Shown here: piece by piece, positions 29,062 to 38,822 of the stretch | Position numbering within the stretch: the first letter of the stretch is position 1 | Layout: each line of letters starts with the position of its first letter | Source: an uncultured archaeon | GTDB lineage: Archaea; Asgardarchaeota; Thorarchaeia; Thorarchaeales; Thorarchaeaceae | Reading direction: 5' to 3' | Assembly (NCBI GenBank): GCA_964458565.1 | Contig: CAYWJO010000022.1 | Location: 1-51,302, forward strand | Length of the DNA stretch: 51,302 bases | Made by a program: the position numbers and the translations under genes | The notes under the pieces: generated by a model | What the model was told of the DNA's origin: nothing | Databases searched by the model: none | Seen by the model: the letters and a program-made list of their open reading frames with translations, nothing else

Positions 29062-29469
29062 CTAACTTCTGGGGGGTCCATTTCTTATCCGTTCTCTGAG
29101 TAATTCGATATTGGCTCGAATCCCATTAATATTCTCTAACCACCAAGTCATTCCAACTCCTAGAATCAGTCGACCATTCGACAGGTAATCTAGAGTTACA
29201 CATTCACGTGCCAGTTTCCAAGGACGCCTTCGTGGTATCGGAGTTACTAGAGGCCCAAGTTTGATTTTCTTAGTATTAGCAGCAATAGCTGTTAGCCCAA
29301 TCCATGGTTCCATGAAGGGTAAAACCATGTCCTCATTATCAAACACCAACATGTGATCCCACAGAAAAAGACCATCCCAACCAGATTCCTCGACCTCAAT
29401 AGCTAGGTCTATCATGTATTGAATATTACCAAACCAACCAAAGTTGGGGATGTTAATTCCATATTTCAT
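29062..29469 (-). pseudogene. LLM-class oxidoreductase with large in-frame internal deletion
   Basis: N-terminal GWDGLFLWDH...RRRPWKLARE..LDYLSNGRLILGVG fused directly to the C-terminal TWWLE...RIRNGPP; only ~135 aa. Confidence 0.7.
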
Positions 29470-29601
29470 TGTGATTCCCCGGAGTAGTTTTTTGGGATTG
29501 GATTGCCTCAATTTGATTACTATTCTCGGATTCTACGAGCTAATTTGTCGTTGATGGCATAGAGAGGCACATTTTAGTACTACGAGAAATGGTTTCGCAT
29601 C

Positions 29602-30795
29602 ATGACATCCGAAATTAGACGCTGTTCATCTTCAGATAAGGAACAGATTCTCAAAGTGGTGAGCTATGCTTATAGTATTCCTGAAGCATCTCATGAACGA
29701 TTTCTCGAAAGATTGGAAATCATTGCTGATGAATTCTTCATCCATTTGCTTGATGAAGAAGCAACAGCTGCTAGTCGACTCATACCATTTCAGCAGAATA
29801 TTCGAGGTGTCATGAAAAAGATGGGTGGAATTGGTATGGTCGCTAGTGTCCCTGAATATAGAAGGGAAGGTTTCGTTAGAGACCTGATGTTGCATACCCT
29901 TAATGAAATAAAGAAAGAGGGTTATGCAGTAAGCACACTCTATCCGTTCAAAGATACTTTCTATTCCGCACTCAGTTATGTAAAGATGCCAATGATATTC
30001 ATGATGCAAGTAGACCCAAAGAGATTCTCCAGAGTTCGAAAACCAGATGGGTACACTGCTTCACGTGAGAAGGGAGATGATGCTATAAAGGCTTGGAGAT
30101 CAATCCAAGAGTATGTTATCATGAACACCCACGGAACGGTTCTGCGAACCAATAAGCGTTGGCAAGAACTCACAGGAACTATGCGGAGTAATATTGTTCT
30201 TGCTCGTAACTCCAAAGGTCAAGCTGAGGGGGTTATTGTATATGCAATCAAAGGCTATGGAGAAGGGCATTCATGGGCTGAAACAGGTCAGATATCCATT
30301 ATTGAAATATATTGGAAAAATCTCAAAGCTCGTGATACACTCTTACATTTCCTGTATAAGCACGAAGACCAAATTATGAATATCAAAATGGTTCTGGGTA
30401 CTACAATGGATGACTACTACCAATGGATTTCGGATTTCCACACACCGAAGATGGAACCACATATTATTAGTATGGCTCGCATTGTGGATGTCGAGTCAAG
30501 CTTCTCAGGAATCGCAGTCCCCTCTGATGGGGAGATTTCTATACAAATTACTGACTCTATACTTGCTGATAATACTGGAGTTTACAGATTCACTGGAAAA
30601 GATGGGCTCTTAGTTGTACAAAAAGTAGATGAAAAGAGTGATACAATCCTTACCATAGAAGGAGCAACTGCTTTGCTATATGGAACTTTGAGTGAGGAAC
30701 AACTTCGACACCTAGATTGGTTAGAAGGAACGGCACCATCTTACATATTCGATTGGTTTTCTAGAAAGACTCCATGGCTAACAGAGGATTTCTGA
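29602..30795 (+). CDS. Eis-family GNAT acetyltransferase (two GNAT + SCP2-like domains)
   Basis: GGIGMVASVPEYRREG, STLYPF..FY, MARIVDV, ALLYG, terminal EDF. Confidence 0.88.
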   Translation: MTSEIRRCSSSDKEQILKVVSYAYSIPEASHERFLERLEIIADEFFIHLLDEEATAASRLIPFQQNIRGVMKKMGGIGMVASVPEYRREGFVRDLMLHTLNEIKKEGYAVSTLYPFKDTFYSALSYVKMPMIFMMQVDPKRFSRVRKPDGYTASREKGDDAIKAWRSIQEYVIMNTHGTVLRTNKRWQELTGTMRSNIVLARNSKGQAEGVIVYAIKGYGEGHSWAETGQISIIEIYWKNLKARDTLLHFLYKHEDQIMNIKMVLGTTMDDYYQWISDFHTPKMEPHIISMARIVDVESSFSGIAVPSDGEISIQITDSILADNTGVYRFTGKDGLLVVQKVDEKSDTILTIEGATALLYGTLSEEQLRHLDWLEGTAPSYIFDWFSRKTPWLTEDF

Positions 30796-30890
30796 TTCGT
30801 CTTCCAAGGATGCCCTTTCTGCAGTGTAACAATCGGACGATAGATAGGCAAATTCTATATGCTATCATCTCATGAAGCAATTGGGAGAGA

Positions 30891-33605
30891 ATGAAGCAGT
30901 TTCCACCAAACACCGAATTCAAGTATAAATGGAGACCATATCAAGCAAGGGTTCTAGCTGAGCTCGAAGAGCACTTAGGTGATGACAACCTGCATGTTGT
31001 TGCTGCTCCGGGTTCAGGAAAAACGCTTCTAGGTCTTGAAGTGGCAAGAAGAATAGATAATCCAACCTTGATTCTTGCACCTACTCTTGCAATACGTGAC
31101 CAATGGATTTCAAGACTGGTGCATTTCTTTCTGGATAAAGACGAAACTCCAAATTGGATATCGAGGGATGTAAGAAACCCAGATTTTCTAACAGTGACAA
31201 CATACCAAGCATTGTACATGGCTTGCGGTGGTTCTGAAGATGAATGGATTGAAGACGCGGATTCAGATGAGGAAGAAAATACTGAAGATAACGGAACTGA
31301 TATCGATCAGATAGTGAAGAGTTTGAACAAGAAAGGTGTCACAACAGTTGTACTTGATGAAGCGCATCATCTTCGTGCAAATTGGTGGAGGACATTGACA
31401 GAAGTTATGGAAAATCTTGGTGCTGTTAAGACCGTTTCATTAACTGCTACACCGCCCTACGATGTTTCATTCTATGAGTGGGAGAGATATATTCAACTAT
31501 GTGGACCAATTGATGCTGAAGTATCTGTGCCTGAACTTGTCAGGGAGGGAAATTTATGTCCTCATCAAGACTTGGTAATTCTTACTGCCCCGACATTTAT
31601 CGAGGATAGTATGATTAAGGAGTTTAAGAAAAGTATTGAATTGTTCATCAATGATTTGCGAATAGATGATTCATTCCTTGATTTAGTACAGAATCATACA
31701 TGGATTCGAAATCCTGATAGTCATATTGAAGAGATCTTGGAAAATCCTGAATTTTACTCAAGTTTATTGATCTATTTACATAGTCGTAAATTCCCAATCC
31801 CCGAGTTGAATATGGAGCTTGTAGCTGGGCAGCATTTTGGGCTTCCAAAATTAGATGAGGATTGGATTGAAACTCTTCTAGAAGGTATTCTCTTTCCACC
31901 TGATGTCAAGGCAAAAGACCTTCACCCAACACTCAAATCAATAAAGAACCGTCTCTATAGATTAGATGCTTTAGAGCAGAGAAGAGTGAACCTCAGAACA
32001 ACTTCAGAACTTGATAAGACTCTAAAGAGAAGCATAACAAAATTACATGCAATTCTCACGATTGTGAAACTTGAAAGGCAAGCACTTGGTAGAAAACTAA
32101 GAATGGTCATTTTAACTGATTTTATTCGAAAGGTATACCTACCAAGTACTGAAACAGACATTCCTGACTTAGATAGAATTGGGGTTGTACCAATTTTTGA
32201 ATTCCTCCGTAGAACAAAGCTGAATGATTGTAAAATTGGAGTCTTAAGTGGATCACTGGTTGTCCTCCCAGAAGAATCTGAAAAACTACTCATTGAAGCA
32301 GCCCAAATTTGTGAGATTGAAGAATCTAGTATAAAAATCAAAAAACTTCCATTTGAAGGGTATGTTGAGGTTGACCTTATTGGTAGTGATAGCGCTCGAA
32401 AAGTTCAGGTCATAACTGAAGTTCTCATGAGAGGTGGAATTCAAGTATTAGTTGGCACAAAATCATTACTCGGTGAGGGATGGGATGCACCTGTTGTCAA
32501 TTCCTTAATACTAGCAACCTTCGTTGGGTCGTATATGCTTTCAAATCAAATGAGAGGTAGAGCAATTCGCACAGATCCGAATGAGAAACAAAAGACCTCG
32601 AATATTTGGCATTTAATTTGTGTGGAAACCGATACACCTCGACCAGGTAATGATTACGAAACGATGAGAAGAAGGTTTCGTGCATTTCTTGGTGTGTCGC
32701 TTACAGAACAGATTATTGAGAATGGCTTTGACAGATTAGGTATCGGAAATCCCCCCTTCACAATTCATTCAATAAAGCAAGTAAATCAGGCAATGGCAGA
32801 ACACGCATTAGATAGAGAGTCCCTAAAAGCTGCGTGGGAGGCATCACTTAGATTAGGGGAGGAGGGGATTCGACTTGTTGAAGAAGTTAAGACTAAAAAA
32901 ACAAGGTTACCTTTACCAAGAGGATTTGTCTTCAGAAACACTCTAGAAGCATTAGTCTGGCAACTGATATTACTAGCTGGACTCTTCATTGCAGGTCGCT
33001 TACCGGGACTTGTCATACCCCTTGATATTTTCGAGATCACTCTTCTATCATATCTTCCTTTCATTGGATTTTTATTCTTCTCAATCAGATTCTTCCCGAA
33101 ATTTGTGAAGGCAATATGGATGTTCATAAAACATGGTCCAATTAAATCCAGTATAAGACAAGTTGGTAGAGCACTGCTCTATTCCTTATGTCAAATGGGT
33201 ATTGTAAAGACGGCTTTTGGAGATATGAACGTTATCGTGGATGAGAATAAAAGGGGAGAAGTGTTTTGTCATATTGAAGGGGGTACTAGAAGAGAAATGG
33301 CGATATACCTTGAAACACTCGAAGAAATTCTTGGTCCTATTGAATCCCCCAGATATATTCTCGTTCGAAAATCTAGTCTGAGAGGGACCTTAACACGACA
33401 TGATTATCATAGTGTTCCATCTATCCTCGGCATCAAGAAAGAATTCGCAAAGCAATTCGCTGATTCATGGACTCGTTTCGTTGGTGAGATGGATCTGGTC
33501 TATACTAGAACTAGAGAAGGAAGATTGGTCTTGCTTAAAGCCAGAAATCAGTCGCTTTCTGCTGGTTTCAGAAAACGATCTGAGAGAGTCAGTCGTTGGA
33601 AATAA
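30891..33605 (+). CDS. Superfamily 2 (DEAH/Res-III-like) helicase with C-terminal transmembrane hairpin
   Basis: AAPGSGKT, TYQ, LDEAHH, LTATP, LLGEGWDAP, QMRGRAIR; hydrophobic segments near 32950-33130. Confidence 0.88.
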   Translation: MKQFPPNTEFKYKWRPYQARVLAELEEHLGDDNLHVVAAPGSGKTLLGLEVARRIDNPTLILAPTLAIRDQWISRLVHFFLDKDETPNWISRDVRNPDFLTVTTYQALYMACGGSEDEWIEDADSDEEENTEDNGTDIDQIVKSLNKKGVTTVVLDEAHHLRANWWRTLTEVMENLGAVKTVSLTATPPYDVSFYEWERYIQLCGPIDAEVSVPELVREGNLCPHQDLVILTAPTFIEDSMIKEFKKSIELFINDLRIDDSFLDLVQNHTWIRNPDSHIEEILENPEFYSSLLIYLHSRKFPIPELNMELVAGQHFGLPKLDEDWIETLLEGILFPPDVKAKDLHPTLKSIKNRLYRLDALEQRRVNLRTTSELDKTLKRSITKLHAILTIVKLERQALGRKLRMVILTDFIRKVYLPSTETDIPDLDRIGVVPIFEFLRRTKLNDCKIGVLSGSLVVLPEESEKLLIEAAQICEIEESSIKIKKLPFEGYVEVDLIGSDSARKVQVITEVLMRGGIQVLVGTKSLLGEGWDAPVVNSLILATFVGSYMLSNQMRGRAIRTDPNEKQKTSNIWHLICVETDTPRPGNDYETMRRRFRAFLGVSLTEQIIENGFDRLGIGNPPFTIHSIKQVNQAMAEHALDRESLKAAWEASLRLGEEGIRLVEEVKTKKTRLPLPRGFVFRNTLEALVWQLILLAGLFIAGRLPGLVIPLDIFEITLLSYLPFIGFLFFSIRFFPKFVKAIWMFIKHGPIKSSIRQVGRALLYSLCQMGIVKTAFGDMNVIVDENKRGEVFCHIEGGTRREMAIYLETLEEILGPIESPRYILVRKSSLRGTLTRHDYHSVPSILGIKKEFAKQFADSWTRFVGEMDLVYTRTREGRLVLLKARNQSLSAGFRKRSERVSRWK

Positions 33606-33664
33606 AGATAGTTTAAATTCAGACCATATATACTAGACACACGATATATGAGGAGGTTGGATGA

Positions 33665-34108
33665 ATGGTTTGCAGTTTCAATGTTATAATTCGAGATTTC
33701 TCAATGCTTCAATCAGAAAGTTTGTTGGTATCAATATTCGTTTTATTTGGTGGAATTACTCTTACTTTATTTGGTATGTACATTTGGTTGAAGAAAAATC
33801 TGGAACAACCAGGAATAATTCCTTCTGACTCCAAAGCATATGATGAGTTGTACACATATGAGGAAGAGGACATAGAGCAAGAAGCTCGGGGCAGATCACC
33901 AAGTGAAAGTGTGACTAGAAGCATCAATCTAGCATCGGTTTTTGCTATCTATGCACTTGGATTCATCTCAGGATTAATCCTAGTAGCAATATATTATCCT
34001 GAAACATCCTATCTTGTTCCATTCGCAATTGTGATCTCTTTCATATGCATCATTGTGCTATTCATAATCAGAGGAATTCTATCCCCTATAAAGAAAATCG
34101 GTGAATGA
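33665..34108 (+). CDS. Hypothetical membrane protein (3 TM)
   Basis: 147-aa ORF with GGAGG upstream and hydrophobic segments. Confidence 0.7.
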   Translation: MVCSFNVIIRDFSMLQSESLLVSIFVLFGGITLTLFGMYIWLKKNLEQPGIIPSDSKAYDELYTYEEEDIEQEARGRSPSESVTRSINLASVFAIYALGFISGLILVAIYYPETSYLVPFAIVISFICIIVLFIIRGILSPIKKIGE

Positions 34109-34152
34109 AAATTCACCTTGAGTATTGATTGGAAAAGCAAATCTGTGTAGGT

Positions 34153-34824
34153 TTATGTAAATCCTCTTGGAGGATGACCTGTAAGGCGAATAGGTTCAGT
34201 TCGTGCATCCTTCTCTCTCTCGTGCGAAGATAGTTCATCCTTGTACTTTTGGTATTCATCTTGTGCTGTCGCTTCTAACTGGAATTTTGTGTACTTGAGG
34301 CATACTTCTTTTTCTGATACATTCTCAATGAAGTATTCAGGAAGTAATAGATCTATATCAGGACGGAGCTTGAGACGTTCAAGAATAGATTCGAACGTAC
34401 CACCTTCCAAAACAAGAAGAACATCACCACAGGAATCAAACCAGACATCTGTGACAGTGCCGGTTTTAAAACCGTCAGAATCAATCACTTTGATTCTCGC
34501 CAACTTCGCAAGACTCATGTTGTTCTTACCCGTAGGATCATAGCTGTCAGAAAGAGAATCACATTCTGTCTTCAAGTATACTGCATCCTCAATACGGTCA
34601 ATGCAACCCACTCCAAAAATGGGGTCATCATCTGGTCTTATGCCAATGCGTTCAAGAAGTTCCTCAAATCGAGAGCCACCAATTATAACAGATGTAAGTT
34701 GAATTTTGCCATCTTCATACTTAAACATGAAATCATTGACACGACCCATTTTTTCCCCATTGGAATCCAAGACATCCATGTCTTTAATTTCGCTGAATCT
34801 AACGCTGATACATTCAAAACTCAT
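34153..34824 (-). CDS. Tandem PRC-barrel domain protein
   Basis: Two repeats of V.DS.G.K.G.V.D...GG..E..LER..(I/L)RPD.D. Confidence 0.8.
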   Translation of the reverse strand: MSFECISVRFSEIKDMDVLDSNGEKMGRVNDFMFKYEDGKIQLTSVIIGGSRFEELLERIGIRPDDDPIFGVGCIDRIEDAVYLKTECDSLSDSYDPTGKNNMSLAKLARIKVIDSDGFKTGTVTDVWFDSCGDVLLVLEGGTFESILERLKLRPDIDLLLPEYFIENVSEKEVCLKYTKFQLEATAQDEYQKYKDELSSHEREKDARTEPIRLTGHPPRGFT

Positions 34825-34902
34825 GATATCTCACTTGGATTAATTAACTATTGTCAAGTATTTAAGTCTATTTACAGGGTTCTGTATAAAAAGGTAGACT
34901 AG

Positions 34903-34919
34903 GAGCCCTTGAAGGGCTC
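34903..34919 (-). terminator. Hairpin plus preceding U-tract after the 34934-35236 gene
   Basis: GAGCCCT-TGA-AGGGCTC; TTTTTT directly after the stop on the minus strand. Confidence 0.45.
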
Positions 34920-34933
34920 GTAGGTTCAAAAAA

Positions 34934-35236
34934 TCAATAAACTTCTCGTGGACTGTGAGTGAGTCGTTCTGGTAAGTTACCGCCTTCACCCAAGACTTCT
35001 AATTCGTGATCACGGCCATATCGTCCACCATCACTACAAAGAAAACCAGTCTTGGTTATACCACGGGCTTGACGCTCAGCAGCACGACGATTTATCATGC
35101 TGATGTGACCCGGTACACTCATCAACAATTTCTTTTGAGACTCGTCAATAACTAGTAGTATAGAGTCATCACTTGCAGTCCTCGAAGTTTCATTGAACTT
35201 TGAACTATTTGCATCGAATTCCAGATACTTGGGCAT
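34934..35236 (-). CDS. Small protein, candidate single-domain gelsolin-like protein
   Basis: SDDSILLVIDESQKKLLM...SMINRRAAERQARGI...ELEVLGEG..PERL matches gelsolin-repeat secondary-structure pattern. Confidence 0.55.
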   Translation of the reverse strand: MPKYLEFDANSSKFNETSRTASDDSILLVIDESQKKLLMSVPGHISMINRRAAERQARGITKTGFLCSDGGRYGRDHELEVLGEGGNLPERLTHSPREVY

Positions 35237-35312
35237 TTAGAATCATTGCCTCCAATGTGGGATTTCAATCTTTAGTTGCCGTTTTCACATATATATGAAT
35301 CTTAGACAAGGC

Positions 35313-35999
35313 CTAAGTTGGTAACAAGTGTGCTGTACCACAATGCTTACATACAACAGCCTCTTCGTGTGGTTCTGGGAGAGGAAGTGGAGCACCACAA
35401 TTCTGACATTTGAGCTCTTCAATCTCTTTACGCTTCTCAGGAGGAATTTCTAATCTGAAAACTCTTTGTGCCACATCAGAAATCGTCTTTCCAATCTTTT
35501 TTGCAGCCCTCGCTATTGCACTTGTTTCGGAGTCTGTCAACGAACCAAGCCCAACAGCTTTGAAGAAGGAATCAATCGCACGCCCAATTTTTCCAAAAAT
35601 TGACCCTGCTTTCCAAGATATTACATCACTTACGTATAATTCAGGTAAAGTATCATCTCCGTATCCTACGATTTGGTAACCTTGTTTCCATTCAACTCTC
35701 TTATCACGACTCTCTGAAAGCTTGGTTCCGCATGATGGACAATGTAAAGTCCACATAGCTGAAAACCACCCCTTTCTTGATTTAATCTCTCCAACATCAT
35801 ACCAACATCGTTTGTGTGCGTATTTATTACAATTTGGACATTGAAAGAGATGATATTTATCTGGTTTCGCTTTAACCTTATTATTCCCTGGCAATGGCAG
35901 CCAAGCCAAATCATCGGAAGTATAATTCAGCAAATACTTACCACAAATGAAACAGGTTTTTCCATCAAATTGATTTAAGCGAGAAACTGGAACACGCAT
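35313..35999 (-). CDS. Zinc-finger protein: C4HC3 (RING/PHD-like) finger plus C-terminal zinc ribbon
   Basis: CFIC...CPNCNKYAHKRCW...CPSC; CQNCGAPL...CKHCG; ATG at 35999. Confidence 0.75.
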   Translation of the reverse strand: MRVPVSRLNQFDGKTCFICGKYLLNYTSDDLAWLPLPGNNKVKAKPDKYHLFQCPNCNKYAHKRCWYDVGEIKSRKGWFSAMWTLHCPSCGTKLSESRDKRVEWKQGYQIVGYGDDTLPELYVSDVISWKAGSIFGKIGRAIDSFFKAVGLGSLTDSETSAIARAAKKIGKTISDVAQRVFRLEIPPEKRKEIEELKCQNCGAPLPLPEPHEEAVVCKHCGTAHLLPT

Positions 36000-36110
36000 T
36001 TTCAATCGCCCCAAGAGAATTGAAGAAACTGACCTTAAAAGGTATTTCAAATATTCAGCAAATCGAAACACTATAAAATAGCTTATACTGTCCACCGTGA
36101 AATCCTGAAA

Positions 36111-38822
36111 TTGTATGAGTGTGTTGAAATGGATTCGGTATATACTATTGAACTTGATATATTATCATCCATGGATGTACGCAAGGTTGGAGCCAAAGCA
36201 TTCAATCTTGGAAGACTTATTCAAAATGGTTTCGAAGTACCAAGTGGTTTTATTGTTACCACAGATGCATATGATTTGTTCATGACTTCGACAGACATTT
36301 CAAAGAAGATTGTTGGCTTAATCGAAGAGATTGATTATAACGACATGGAGATGGTGAGGGAGGTATCAAAGAAAATCATAGCATTGGTTGAATCCATTCC
36401 CATCCCTCTGGAAGTTAGTAAAGCAATCAAAGAATCATACCAGAAAATTAAATCACCGGGAGTTGCAGTTAGATCTTCAGCAACAGCAGAGGATCTACCA
36501 GATGCATCTTTTGCAGGTCAATATGAAACATATCTAAATATCTCTGGTATAGATGAAGTCATCACTAAGATCAGGGAATGCTATGGGTCTTTATGGACTT
36601 CAAGAGCAATCTCATATAGACAAGCAAACTCAATACCTCATTATGGTGTGAAGATTGCAGTAGTTATTCAGGAAATGGTTCCATGTAGAAGCGCTGGTGT
36701 TTTATTCACCAAGAATCCAACATCTGGTAAAAAGGATGAAGTAGTTATAGAGTCTAATTTTGGTTTAGGCGAATCTGTTGTTTCCGGAGAAGCCATACCT
36801 GATAGATTCGTTGTTGCAGGGACAGACAATTCAGACTATAGAATAATCACTAAGGAAATTGGTACTAAAGAAGTAATTATACACCTTGACACAATCAGAG
36901 GTACGAGATATGACAAGCTCGATGAAGATGCAAGTCAAACTGCATCAATCTCAGATGATCAATCTATTGAACTTGCCAAGATTGGACGTTCAATTGAGAA
37001 AGTCTTTGGAGTTCCTCAAGATATCGAATGGGCATATAATGAGTTAGGAGAGCTGTTCATTCTTCAATCAAGACCGATTACAACTGGTCTTTCAAAATCT
37101 GAAGAAGGAATAATTTGGACCCGAGGTTATAGTGATGATTATTGGAATGATAATGTATCACCACTATTCTTCAACTTGCTAGGTGACCAACTCAAGTACA
37201 TTGTGAATATCGAACTCAATGACATAATGGGGTATAAGGAAATGACATCTGATCTCCTACTTCTTAGAGAAGCCCATGTCTACTTCAATCTCGATGTTAT
37301 ACGAAACAAGGTCCTTAATGAGATGCCGCCCTTCATAAGATCGGATGACGTGTTAAACTACTTCCCAGAAGGGCGTGGACCTTATGGAAAGGAAACCATG
37401 AGGGAACTGCCTTTCCGTCTAAAAGCGAGAATCCTTGCTGAACTTAGAGTTATGATGTATGATGGCGATGGAAGTATCACAAAAACTGCTGATGTATACC
37501 AGTCGTGGACAGACGAGGAATTCATTCCATTCTTACAAGAGTTCGATGAATCCCTTGAAGATATCAGGAATAAAGGAACTCTACAAGATCTAATGAAACT
37601 TGCAGATGATCTTGAAGAGATTATGATAACCCATTTCAGATTAGTTCGCTACGGTATTCCTGTTCACAATCTTGGGATGAATCTAATAGCGAATTATTTG
37701 TTAACTCGATATTTGGGAGCAAAAGCCGCGGCTAGAATCTTCCCGATTTTAATTTCAGGTCTCGAACATAAAACCAATGAAACCAACGAACGCTTCAATG
37801 AACTGGCTAATGCAATCCATGGTTATCCTGAGGTAAAGGATGCTATCTTATCTAAACCATCTACTGAGTTGTACCAATATGTCACATCTATGAAAACTGA
37901 AAACGCCTCGAAATTTATGAAAGAATTCAAAGAATTCCAGCAAGAGTTTGGGGTTAGAGGCTTTACACGAGAGCCATATTATCCAAGATGGTACGATGCA
38001 CCAGAGATGGTTTTTGATCTGCTTAAACCAATGCTGAAGGAAAAGGGACCTGATCTTAAGGTAGCTAAATCGGAATCTGAAAGATTAAGGAGAAATGCTG
38101 AGAGATTTGTAGAGCGTCATGTGAAGGCGATCCGTTTTGGGAGAATAAAGCTTCTCCTATTCAATACCATCTTAGGCATTTGTAGAATATACATCACATT
38201 TAGAGAGAATCAGAGATTCAATCTAGATAGATGGATTACCAGAAACAGAAATCTGTATCTGGAGATAGGTCGAAGGTTTACTGACAATGGACTTGTATCT
38301 GATTCGACACGTATCTTCTTTCTTTTCAGAAACGAAATTCGCAGCATCATCGCAGGAAATGAGATATCCGGGATTTCTGAAGTTGCAGATGAAAGGTACC
38401 AAACATTCAAAGATAATGAGAATCGGATTCCACCTAAATTCATTCAAGGTTCCCGTGAATTTAATGATCCCTTACCGGAATCAGAAATCGAAGCGAGTCT
38501 AAGTGGAATTCCTGCAAGTCAAGGTGTAACGACTGCACCAATTCGAGTTCTAAGGACCATAGAAGAGATATCAGAAGTCCAGACTGGTGAAATTCTTGTA
38601 GTTCCAAGAACTGATCCTGGATGGACACCTGTCTTTTCTAGGATTGGCGGACTCATAACAGAAACAGGTGGAATCTTGTCACATGGTGCGGTGGTTTCGA
38701 GAGAATATGGTATTCCAGCAGTGACGAATGTCCGACAAGCTTGCAAGAAATTCGTAACAGGACAGATTGTCACAATAGACGGAAATAATGGATTAATACA
38801 AATTCAAAAATCTGAGAGATGA
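36111..38822 (+). CDS. PEP-utilising dikinase family protein with rifampin-phosphotransferase-like architecture (ATP-grasp, central domain, C-terminal His swivel)
   Basis: VGAKAFNLG, AVRSSATAEDLPDASFAGQYET, QDIEWA, LQSRPIT, TDPGWTP, TETGGILSHGAVVSREYGIPAV; no pyruvate-binding TIM barrel. Confidence 0.85.
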   Translation: MYECVEMDSVYTIELDILSSMDVRKVGAKAFNLGRLIQNGFEVPSGFIVTTDAYDLFMTSTDISKKIVGLIEEIDYNDMEMVREVSKKIIALVESIPIPLEVSKAIKESYQKIKSPGVAVRSSATAEDLPDASFAGQYETYLNISGIDEVITKIRECYGSLWTSRAISYRQANSIPHYGVKIAVVIQEMVPCRSAGVLFTKNPTSGKKDEVVIESNFGLGESVVSGEAIPDRFVVAGTDNSDYRIITKEIGTKEVIIHLDTIRGTRYDKLDEDASQTASISDDQSIELAKIGRSIEKVFGVPQDIEWAYNELGELFILQSRPITTGLSKSEEGIIWTRGYSDDYWNDNVSPLFFNLLGDQLKYIVNIELNDIMGYKEMTSDLLLLREAHVYFNLDVIRNKVLNEMPPFIRSDDVLNYFPEGRGPYGKETMRELPFRLKARILAELRVMMYDGDGSITKTADVYQSWTDEEFIPFLQEFDESLEDIRNKGTLQDLMKLADDLEEIMITHFRLVRYGIPVHNLGMNLIANYLLTRYLGAKAAARIFPILISGLEHKTNETNERFNELANAIHGYPEVKDAILSKPSTELYQYVTSMKTENASKFMKEFKEFQQEFGVRGFTREPYYPRWYDAPEMVFDLLKPMLKEKGPDLKVAKSESERLRRNAERFVERHVKAIRFGRIKLLLFNTILGICRIYITFRENQRFNLDRWITRNRNLYLEIGRRFTDNGLVSDSTRIFFLFRNEIRSIIAGNEISGISEVADERYQTFKDNENRIPPKFIQGSREFNDPLPESEIEASLSGIPASQGVTTAPIRVLRTIEEISEVQTGEILVVPRTDPGWTPVFSRIGGLITETGGILSHGAVVSREYGIPAVTNVRQACKKFVTGQIVTIDGNNGLIQIQKSER

